64,000 nucleotides of DNA from the NCBI RefSeq assembly GCF_018977255.1, contig NW_024704742.1, positions 15,626,001 to 15,690,000 on the forward strand. Direction: 5' to 3'. The notes beneath the pieces were generated by a model, which saw only the letters and a program-made list of their open reading frames with translations, had not been told where the DNA came from and searched no databases. The stretch is from Callorhinchus milii. Taxonomy: Eukaryota. Position numbers and translations under genes: made by a program. Positions 54,726 to 64,000 of this stretch are shown one piece after another (position 1 is the stretch's first letter; every line of letters starts with the position of its first letter).

Positions 54726-54875
54726 CTTGATGTTTATAATCTCCTTCCCATCCCAAAACAGGGCAAGTTCCTTCCAATTAAAGGAAGCTTTCTTCCGATA
54801 TAAATCCAATGGACCATTGGGAAAATCAGGCAGCAGCGAATCCAAGATATTTTCCTCGGAATGGATTGTACTCAT
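54726..54875 (-). CDS. ACOX3: ACOX3 first coding exon (150 coding nt): [50 protein letters not shown]
   Basis: ATG at 54875, donor AAG|gtaag; LLP.FP.GPLD.YR..ASF.WKELALF matches the ACOX3 N-terminus; likely acceptor ctgtag| just before 54898. Confidence 0.94.
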
Positions 54876-56594
54876 TTCTGCATCTGAGACACCTCAATCT
54901 ACAGTAACACAATTAAGATTTGTAAATAATGTTCCGAAAACATTNAAAAAAACTGTTGTTAAAATAGAAGGCACAAACAATAATACATCATTCATGACCT
55001 GAATCTAAAAAAACTAAGTACTATTTTTTCCAAGTTGCACCATTAACAAACTAAACCTAGACATTTTGTATGTTGCAGGACACATGCCATTCAATCAAGA
55101 GGTGAAAATTAGTCTAACTGACCCATCATTGGAATGCAGGTAGAATAGCAACAAACGAATACCAGTGCAAGTGACAGTCTAATAAGAGTATTATGTACCT
55201 GATTAGTCTTCCTAAGGTAAATAGCGTTTTGATAGGCGATAGGAAGAAATTATTTCCACTGGTCAGTGAGTCAGAGACTGGAGGCAGGGGCGGGAGTAAA
55301 TGATTCCTGAGCACCTCCGTGAAAGGCTCCCAAATCTTACCACCCTGGGCACCCAGCCCGACAAGGTTTTTAAACATGCTCTATGTGTTTTTGCACAGCC
55401 CTTCACACATCGGTGCTCCCATTTTACTTGACAGGCCTGAGCCCTTTTGGGAACCAGTCTGCCACTGACAAGAGCATCAATTTCAACATCAAAGAGCAAC
55501 AAAAACAACAACTTGCACGCAGCGCCTTTGGACATCCTCCCGTGATACTTCCCTTGTATGTGAAAGGTAGTTTACAAATGTCATTTTGTATTATATTTGT
55601 ATATATCACCCTTCACACAGGCAACATCTCAGAGCATTTGCTCGGATAACTGTGCAGCACAAGATTTATGCAGAAAAATTATTTACATAGAGTTGTTAGG
55701 ATGTGGAATGCCATGCCCGGTACAATGGTCAAGGCAAGATCCATGTTAGTTTTTATAGATATCTAAAAATAAATAATTTGCAGTGTGTGTGTGGAATAGA
55801 CAGGTAAATGGGACTGAATGGATTGCTCTTTCAAAGCATCAGCACTAACACTATGGACCAAACGGGGATAAAGACAGCCATAAAGTTATGGTTGCAATGT
55901 TGTGCAACAAAATTGATGTAAAACTGTTCAAGATATACATCAGCAAAGCTATCCCCTAAGGTGAGAGGCTCTTTAAAATAAATATTTGTTTAATGACCCC
56001 AAAGAACAGTTGTACATGTATTCAATTTTAGTAGAAAGTATGATTGCGTGGCATAATCTCATTGGGATGTCTCTCATAACAGATTTGGGAAGATCTATGG
56101 TTTTCTGGGTAATAAGTTTGTGCTGCCTTACAAGGCATTGTAGTTAATTTGAACAAAAGTTTGCAGCCCAAATTAACATATGAAAAAGCTGAATGAAGTT
56201 TCCAATTTCGGTCCACCAAAGGGTGTTTAAATAGAGTTGCTGCGATATCTGCATTTAAATGATCCCTGAGGCAAAAATCTACTTTATTCAATAAATTGTG
56301 TTTTTTTAAATAAAATTATCAATTTCAACAGTGTTAAATCGACTGCATATTGCAATAGTAAATCTAATTTGTAACTCCACTTACTGCAAAGCTCAAAATA
56401 ATATTACTCGTCTAATACCACTTTACATCAAACTGGGATGTGGGAGGTGGAAATATGCCTCTAAAAATCATTACTAGCCTTCTTTGTGAACAGCACTCCC
56501 TTTCCATGCATTTATATATTGTGGCACAGATTGAAGTTTAAATACAATAAGAAGTTCAGAGCGTTTGTAAGAAATTTTACACCTGAAATAATAA

Positions 56595-58680
56595 TATTTA
56601 TCCTTACATTCGATATAGCACCTTTCACGTCAGCTGGACATCCCAGAGTGCTTCATAGGATATAGTTTGCAGTTACTGTTTTGTGGGAGAATATGGCAAT
56701 CAATTTGCGCACAACAATGTCAAATTTATTTGTGGAATTGTTGGCCGGGACACTGGGAGAAACATCCTTCTCTTTTCGAGTAGCGCCATGGGATCTTTAA
56801 CATCCACCTGAACAGGCAGACATTTTTAACATCCCTCACCTCCATCATTTCAAAAATGAAGTCCACCACCTACTCCATCGACCCCACCCCTCTCCTCACC
56901 TCCCAGCTCCACCTCCTGGCCCCTCTCCTAACCAACATTATCAATCTCTCCTTATCCATTGGCATTGTTCCCACCCCCTAAAAATAGCTGTCATCATCCC
57001 CATCCTCAAAAAACCTTCCCTGGACCATCCCTACTCTCCAGCTATTGGTTTATCTCCAACCTCCCAATCCTCTCCAAGGCCCTGGAACGAGTCGTTGTGT
57101 CCCTGCTTTGCTCTTTCCTAATCCGACATTCCCTCTCTGAACCTCTCCAATCGGTCAAAGTTACCAATGACATTCCGAACATCTGCGACCAGGACTCTCT
57201 CTGCCTCCTGTCCTCCTCAACCTCTCTGCTGCCTTTGACACTGTCGACCACCACTCTATCCTCCTACACCGCCTCTCCTCTCAGCTCAATCTTCGCGGAC
57301 GTGCCCTTGCCTGGTTCAAATTCTACCTCTCCCACCACCTAGACTTTGTTGCCACTAACGGCTTCTCCTCCAGCCCCCGCACCGTCACGTGTGGTGTCCC
57401 TCAGGGATTTGTCCTTGACCCTCTCCTTTTCAATATCTATATTGGTGACATCCCCAGACATGGGGTCAACTCCCACATGTATGTAGATCACACCCAATTC
57501 TACCTCTCTGCCTCCATCCTTGATTGCAGGACCACAACTGTCCTCACAGACTGCCTGTCAGACATCAAGTCCTGGATAAGAGCTAACTTCCCGCAGTTGA
57601 ATGTCAACAACGCCAAAGCCCTCCTGCCTGGCTCCCATCTGCACCTCCATACCTCGGGCGCCGATAGCATCTCCCTCCATGGATGTACACTACATCTCAC
57701 GGAGCCAATACGGAACCTTGGCGTCCTGTTTGACCCTCAGCTATCCTTCATACTCCACATCCATGCCATGACCTGCTCCACCTTTTCCCACCTCTGCAAC
57801 ATCACTCGTTTCACACCACAGGCCGCCGAGATCCTCATACAAGCGTTCATAACATTCAGACTCGACTACACAAACTTGTCAGCCTCCTCAACTCCTCTCT
57901 CCATAAATTGTAGATCATCCAGAACTTTGCAGCCCGTGTCCTCTCCCACACCAGGCTCTGCGACCCTACCTCCCCATCCTCGTCCGACTCCACTGGCTTC
58001 CCATCACACAGAGGATACAGTTCAAGATACTGGTCAGCGCCTTGGGACGTCCTTCCGACGTGAAAGGCGCTATACAGATGTAATCTTGTTGCAGTTGTTG
58101 GTCCTCAATTTCAAAGCCCTCCATGGCCTTGCTCCTCCCTAGTTCTGTAACCTCCTAACGCCCTACCAACCTGCATGCTCCCTCCACTCAGCGGCCTCCA
58201 GCCTGCTTCACGCCCCCTGCCTCGCCCGCGCCACCATTGGCAGGTGGGCCTTCAGCCACTCTGCCCCCACCCTCTGGAACTCCATCCCTCAGTCCCTATG
58301 CCTTGTCCCCTCCCTTCCCTCCTTCAAGACCCATCTCAAGCCCCTCCTCTTTGACCATGTCTTCGGTCACCTTTCATCCCCCCCTGCCCTCCACCCTCCC
58401 CAATCCCCAGCTTGGGTCTGAAACATTTATTGTCCAGCGCCCCTGATTCCATCTCGGGTACGAAACACTGATTGTCCAGCACCTTGGGAGATCCTCCCGA
58501 TGTGAAAAGCGCGATACAAATGTAGTTGTGTTGTTGTTGCTGAAGGACAGCACCTCCAACACCGCAGCACTGCAATGGAATGTCATCTTAGACTATATGA
58601 ATTCCAAGTCCCAACATAGGGCTCAAACTCACAAACTTCTGACTCAGAGGAAAGAGTGCTATGAACTGAGCCAGGCTGAA
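56595..58680 (-). mobile_element. Old Deu-type SINE split into 56595-56830 and 58541-58680 by the L2 insertion
   Basis: The two halves are colinear with the intact copy at 27055-27440. Confidence 0.75.
56830..58540 (+). mobile_element. L2 LINE ORF2 fragment (RT) nested in an old SINE
   Basis: ISNLPILSKALERVV, GVPQG-like, YVDHTQFY, RNLGVLFD; (TTG)n tail. Confidence 0.92.
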
Positions 58681-59239
58681 TGTGATGGTGGATAATTATT
58701 TTTAATATTTACTATTTTACTTTATCAAAATCAGCCACTGTAAAACCTTTAAAAATTAGGGATTTACTTTATAGAACCCAGATCCTTTAAGTTAATGTAA
58801 TTCTCCAGCAAAATTAATTTTACAAATCTCAACATTTACCATTACTTAATAATTATTTTAGGTGTCTGGAATTCCTATTGAAATAATACAAATCAAGGGC
58901 TGCATAAAAGAGTCAGTGGATAAATGAATGTTACGGTTTCCTACTTTAACCCTGTGCTGATTTAGCTGACATTGTTTTCATAAATTCATAAAATAAAATT
59001 GTAAATAAGCGAATTGTAAAAATATTTATAGTTCATAATAGTTTTTATGAATTCTTTACAGATAAGGTAGCTATAACCAGTCTATCACTTTGCTGAATTT
59101 GTTACTGGATAACGCTCACAAGTCATTTGTGAGCATTGTCCAAATAGATTTTGTCCACGTATGACAAATCATGTGACCTTGACTGAGACTGACAGCAATC
59201 GACAACAGATCATAAGGCTGGTTGTGAAACGATAAAGGG

Positions 59240-60920
59240 GGCAACAACAACAACACTTTGCATTTATATAGCACCCTTCACGCAGGGTAGTGTCCCGGAA
59301 CACTTCACAGTTGTTGAATCTGACAATCAGCCAGGTGGAGGGAGGTGACCGTAAGCAGGATCAAAAAGGAAGGTCTTTAGGCGGGATCTGAAGGCGGGGA
59401 GGGGGCAAGGGAAGGTCTTCAGGCGGGTATGCAACATGAGAGGAGGAGGAGGAGGAAGCAGCATCCAGGCGGATGTTATCTGTGTTAGAGACAAAGAAGT
59501 CTGAGACTTCTTTCAACTTGGTATGGGGGGAGGTGAGGCTGGAGGAGGCATGGCGGAGGTGGCGGCAGGAGGAGGCATGGTGGAGGTGGTGGCAGGAGGA
59601 AGCATGGGGGGAGGTAGCGGCAGGAGGAGGCATGGCGGAGGTGGCGGCAGGAGGAGGCATGGCGGAGGTGGCGGCAGGAGGAGGCATGGGGGGAGGTGGC
59701 GGCAGGAGGAGGCATGGGGGGAGGTAGCGGCAGGAGGAGGCATGGGGGGAGGTGGCGGCAGGAGGAGGCAGGTGGAGGTGGCGGCAGGAGGAGGCATGGG
59801 GGGAGGTGGCGGCAGGAGGAGGCATGGGGGGAGGTGGCGGCAGGAGGAAGCATGGGGGGAGGTGGCGGCAGGAGGAGGCATGGGGGAGGTGGCGGCAGGA
59901 GGAGCCATGGGGGAGGTGGCGGCAGGAGGAGGCATGGGGGAGGTGGCGGCAGGAGGAGGCATGGGGGGAGGTGGCGGCAGGAGGAGGCATGGGGGGAGGT
60001 GGCGGCAGGAGGAAGCATGGGGGAGGTGGCGGCAGGAGGAGGCATGGGGGGAGGTGGCGGCAGGAGGAGGCATGGGGGAGGTGGCGGCTGGAGGAGGCAT
60101 GGGGGGAGGTGGCGGCAGGAGGAGGCATGGGGGAGGTGGCGGCAGGAGGAGGCATGGGGGAGGTGGCGGCAGGAGGAGGCATGGGGGGAGGTGGCGGCAG
60201 GAGGAGGCATGGGGGGAGGTGGCGGCAGGAGGAGGCATGGGGGAGGTGGCGGCAGGAGGAGGCATGGGGGGAGGTGGCAGCAGGAGGAGGCATGGGGGGA
60301 GGTGGCGGCAGGAGGAGGCATGGGGGGAGGTGGCGGCAGGAGGAGGCAGGAGGAGGCAGGTGGAGGCGGTGGCAGGAGGAGGCAGGTGGAGGTGGTGGCA
60401 GGAGGAGGCAGGAGGAGGCATGGCGGAGGAGGAGGCAGGAGGAAGCATGGCAGAGGAGGCAGGAGGAGGCATGGCGGAGGTGGCGGCAGGAGGAGGCAGG
60501 AGGAGGCATGGCGGAGGTGGCGGCAGGAGGAGGCAGGAGGAGGCAATGGCGGAGGTGGCGGCAGGAGGAGGCAGGAGGAAGCATGGCGGAGGAGGAGGCA
60601 GGAGGAGGCGGCAGGAGGAGGTGGCGGAGGTGGCGGCAGGAGGTGGTGGCGGAGGTGGAGGAGGCAATGGCGGAGGTGGCGACAGGAGGAGGCAATGGCG
60701 GAGGTGGCGGAGGCAATGGTGGAGGTGGCGACAGGAGGAGGAGGAGGTGGAGGAGGCAATGGTGGAGGTGGCGGCAGGAGGAGGCAGGAGGAAGCATGGC
60801 GGAGGAGGAGGCAGGAGGAGGTGGCGGAGGTGGAGGAGGCAATGGCGGAGGTGGCGACAGAGGGGACAGTTGGACGTTGGGATTGTGTTTGTTCTGGAGA
60901 ATGACCTGTGGGGAGAAGAC
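59240..60920 (-). mobile_element. L2-type LINE fragments surrounding the minisatellite (3' tail at ~59240-59410; ORF2 segments at 59440-59530 and 60860-60920)
   Basis: Minus-strand peptides ILQNKHNP..LSPLSP and LTSPHTKLKEVSDFFVSNTDNIR resemble the L2 ORF2 endonuclease-RT linker; (TTG)n tail at ~59243. Confidence 0.6.
59525..60860 (+). repeat. G-rich minisatellite, 27-29 bp unit GGAGGTGGCGGCAGGAGGAGGCATGG(C/GG/GGG), degenerating to shorter GGAGGAGGCA-type subunits at the right end
   Basis: Directly visible tandem array. Confidence 0.97.
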
Positions 60921-61372
60921 CATTAAAGCTGTGGGGTCGTGGCCGCTGTTTATGGGGACAGAGACCCCCCCCCACAGACCCGCGGGGTCTTCTCCCCACA
61001 AACAGACCCGCGGGTGAGTTCACTGTAAGAGTTGCGCAACACATTAAGTGCAAATAATTCGTAACCCGTTAACCGCAACAAGTCATTACCGTGTGAACGT
61101 CACAGCTGCTCGCGCCTGTGCTGGCGGCCAGGGACGGTATGACGTCATCAGGGCGCGCCAGCCTCCGCTCGGTGACGCACTAAACCGTGCGCCCGGCAGA
61201 CGCTCCAATGTGGGCGGGGTCTCAGCCGTCGCTGCTGCTGCTCGGTGTGCTGGACTGGGCCGGGCGGGCGCCTCATTTTTTTATTAAAAAAATGGAAACC
61301 CGCAACACATTTTAATTTGTTTGTTTGTAGTCCCCCCGCCCGCACCCCCTTCATCCGAAGAGCTTCTCTTAC

Positions 61373-61440
61373 CGGTTTCGAAACGCATTGACCCTAAATC
61401 GGGCAACTCTGCCGCCGGCCACAGGGAGGCGACGCCTGAC
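61373..61440 (-). other. ACOX3: Candidate non-coding exon 1 of ACOX3 (5' end undefined)
   Basis: Minus-strand donor CCG|gtaaga at 61373/61372 inside the CpG island; a second candidate donor ACG|gtaatg at 61090/61089. Confidence 0.45.
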
Positions 61441-61738
61441 ATTGGGCTACTTTTGGGCGACAAATCGCAATTTCTGGCGCACTCGATCGGAGGCGACGCA
61501 TAGTTTTGGGCTACTTTTTGGGCTGGCGTTTGGCTGCACGTCGTAATTTCTAGCAAAACCCTTTTTTTGGTGCGGCGGCGGCGGCGGCACTGAATGTGGG
61601 GCTACTTTGGGGCCCGGACTTTGGGCTATAAATTGTATTGTAATTTCTAGCAAAACCCCCCGTTAGGAGGCGACACGTGATATTACGCTCGTGTTTGGGC
61701 GACTTTTGGGCTACAATCCTGTCGTGTCATTTCCAGCA
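61425..61738. repeat. Four degenerate tandem copies of a composite promoter motif
   Basis: GG(A/C)GGCG(A/G)C ... TGGGC(T/G)ACTTT(T)GGGC ... (A/C)ATTTC(T/C)(A/G)GC starting near 61425, 61489, 61580 and 61666. Confidence 0.75.
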
Positions 61739-61771
61739 CCTTCGGCAGGTGTGTGACCGGGAGACCCGGCG

Positions 61772-62228
61772 CTGGCGGCGGCGGAGAGGGCCAGACCGGC
61801 GCTGGCGGCGGAGCTGCGGCTCAGGCCGGGCCCGGGCTCGGGCTCGGGAGCCGCCGTGGCCGCCGCTTTCTGGTCGGCGCTCGACGTGTGGACTCTGAAG
61901 CCGCAGGTGGTCAACCGCCGCCTGTGGGGCTGCCGTGTGGACGGGGAGAGAGCGAGCGGCCGGGGCCCGGGTCTGGGCTCGGGGGAGAGGCCGGGGGTCG
62001 GGCGGCTCCTCCTGGACTTGCTGCCGACTCTGTGCCGCCGAGGGTCTGGCCCCGAGCTGGAGCGGGAGCTGGAGACGGTCCTGACCGGCCTCCGAGGCCC
62101 TGGCGAGGAGGAGGCGGCGGCGGCGGCGGGTCAGGTCAGCGCCATCCTCAGGACGGTGATGGCTAAAGGGCGAGGGTCCGGGGCCGGGGCCGGGCCGGGC
62201 AGCGCAGCCCGAGAGGTCGTGCTCAGAG
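61772..62228 (+). CDS. TRMT44: TRMT44 (tRNA (uracil-O(2)-)-methyltransferase) exon 1; start codon uncertain (CTG 61772 or CTG 61802)
   Basis: FWSALDVWTLKPQVVNRRLWGCRV resembles the TRMT44 N-terminal FWAAVEVWLERPQVANKRLCGARL (recalled human sequence); ILRTVMAK...REVVLR resembles VLRTVIPK...REIVVQ; donor AG|gtgggt at 62228/62229; head-to-head with ACOX3 as in human. Confidence 0.85.
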
Positions 62229-62312
62229 GTGGGTTGTGAGCAGATCACACCGAGTCATCTCAGTCATTCAAGAGCCCCGGTCCCGGCCCCGCTCCACCCG
62301 CTCTTTACAGTA

Positions 62313-62634
62313 TAATAATAATAATAATAATCCTCGCATTTGATATAGCGCTTTTCACGTCGGGAGGACGTCCCAAAGCGCTTCACAGAACACACTGTAA
62401 AGTAAATTGACTGTATATTTGTGGGCAAACGCGGCAGCCAATTGCGCACAGCAATGTCCCACAAACAGTCGTGGATTGAAAATGACCAATTTATTATTGT
62501 TTTGTTTTGGAGGATTATTATTAGGCTCTGTGTGGAGTAAGGAAACTTGCCCAAGGTCTCGCCCTCTGCCTGGAATTGAACTCAGGTCTCTCACTTGCAA
62601 AGCGAGTGCTCTAACCACTGAGCTACAGGACTCC
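62313..62634 (-). mobile_element. tRNA-derived SINE, young short subfamily, nested in a plus-strand SINE 3' fragment (62302-62723)
   Basis: Host motif ctttacagta|tattctgtgaagcgc is split by the insert. Confidence 0.9.
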
Positions 62635-63224
62635 ACAAATATTCTGTGAAGCGCTTTGAGACGTCTCGAAGACGTGCTAAGGCGCTATAATCAAATGCAA
62701 GGGTTATTATTATTATTATTATTACTCTCACGCCCACATGCAGATGGATCCCTTGGCTTCTGGCTTCCACCTCTCTGACCTGCTCACAACCCACACCACA
62801 CCCAACGGCATCTTCAGTCAGTTGGGCTCCCAGAGGCAGTGGGGGACACACAGGCAGTGTGGAGGATGACAGGGAGCGCGGGAGGCACCGAGGAGCCTGG
62901 GGAGTGACGTCCCTTCGTCCCCTCCGCTCCGCTATCGGCGGCCGTGCTCTCAGCCACACTGCCCTGAATTTCTCTGTTTTGCTGCCTGTCTTCAAATCAT
63001 GTTGAAGACTTTTGTCTTGGACCATGCCTTCGGTCAACCCCCCCCCCCCCCCCGATCCTTTTTTTTGCAGCTTGGTGTGAAACCTCAATGCTGTTAAATG
63101 CTCAGAGGCACAACCTGGTGTGAAATGTGCTATATAATTGCATATTGTTGTATACCAGAGGAACGTCTCAAATGACTTCACCTGACTGACTTCTTTTTGC
63201 AGGTCAGGGGAGCGTTTCAATCTC

Positions 63225-63640
63225 GATCAGTCGCTAGCACTCCCACCTCGGAGTCAGAAGATTGTGAGTTCAAGCACCATGTTGGCACTTTGAGCTCACA
63301 GTTTAAGCTGACACCAGTGCTGGAATTGTGCTGCATTGTTTGATTGATGCCCTTCAGATGAGATGTTAAATTTAAGTACCTTTCCCGATTCAGGTGGACA
63401 TTAAAGACACCATGGCACTACTTGAAAAGAGAAGGGATTTTCTCCCGGTCTTCTGACCAACAATCCACATACAAATTCGGTTATTTATATCTTGGCTCTT
63501 TGTGGGTCATTGCCGTGTGCAAATTGAATGCTGTGTTTATCTACAAAATACAGTCAAAGCACTTACAGTGAATCCTGTGAAGCACTTCTGAGACATCCTC
63601 CTGACTTGAAGCTTTATATCAAATGCAATTTAATTTATTT
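63225..63640 (+). mobile_element. Old full-length Deu-type tRNA SINE
   Basis: tagcactcccacctcggagtcagaagattgtgagttcaag head; tgtgcaaattg body; tail. Confidence 0.78.
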
Positions 63641-64000
63641 CAATTCAAAAGGAAAATCTCAAGGTGATCATGGTCAGAAAGGTTTTTTTGAAGGTGGGGA
63701 GGGAGGGCGTAAGGCAAAGAGATTCTGGGGATGAATCATAAATTGAGTAGTACACCTAACATGACAGAACAGTCAATATAGAAACACATTTTGAAATTTG
63801 ATCATATTTATACAGTATGTATAAGTGTAGATTTTTAAATAAAACTTCTAGCCTATAGAAGTTTTTTTTTAAAAAATGCAATTCTTGGTAATCCTGGAAC
63901 CTCTAAACTTTTTAAAAAATTACTATGAAATTAAACATCACCCACAAAATATAGTCAATTCACTTTACAGTATATTCTGCAAAGAGCTTTGAAACGTCTC

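Larger units (their letters stand above)
60930..62300. promoter_or_regulatory. CpG island / bidirectional ACOX3-TRMT44 promoter
   Basis: High GC and CpG density against an AT-rich background; C/EBP-type palindrome GTTGCGCAAC 61031-61040, CRE TGACGTCA 61140-61147, GC box near 61212, E-box CACGTG 61674-61679. Confidence 0.8.

Noticed and set aside
59525..60860. Possible CRISPR-like array
   Set aside because: Units are contiguous with no unique spacers; eukaryotic context, no cas genes
59361..61053. Six long ORFs (384-546 aa) rich in Pro/Gly/Arg
   Set aside because: They are stop-free readings of the minisatellite in all six frames; no domain content or gene structure
61727..62248. Antisense and alternative-frame ORFs over TRMT44 exon 1
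   Set aside because: Expected in a GC-rich CpG island; only one + frame carries TRMT44-like motifs

Overview
Eukaryotic (vertebrate) genomic DNA, most likely a cartilaginous fish (chimaera/shark-like), judged from the CR1, L2 and Deu-type tRNA-SINE repeats. Almost the whole window is the peroxisomal acyl-CoA oxidase 3 gene (ACOX3) on the minus strand. Sixteen GT-AG coding exons were traced by hand (54875 down to 451; 1986 nt, 662 codons, frame consistent throughout). The last coding exon was not found and presumably lies left of the window; a probable non-coding exon 1 lies near 61.4 kb. A CpG-island promoter (~60.9-62.3 kb) is shared head-to-head with exon 1 of TRMT44 (tRNA U44 2'-O-methyltransferase) on the plus strand. 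Introns are full of L2 and CR1 LINE fragments and tRNA-Ala-derived SINEs, often nested. Most interesting: (1) the conserved TRMT44 N-terminus has no upstream AUG but two in-frame CUG codons in strong Kozak context; (2) a four-copy composite motif fills the bidirectional promoter; (3) a 1.3 kb G-rich minisatellite expanded inside an L2 ORF2 fragment; (4) a ~180 bp templated insertion flanked by a ~40 bp duplication; (5) inverted SINEs flank an in-frame exon 7-8 cassette. Exon numbers follow the human gene as recalled, repeat boundaries are approximate, and no database searches were run.
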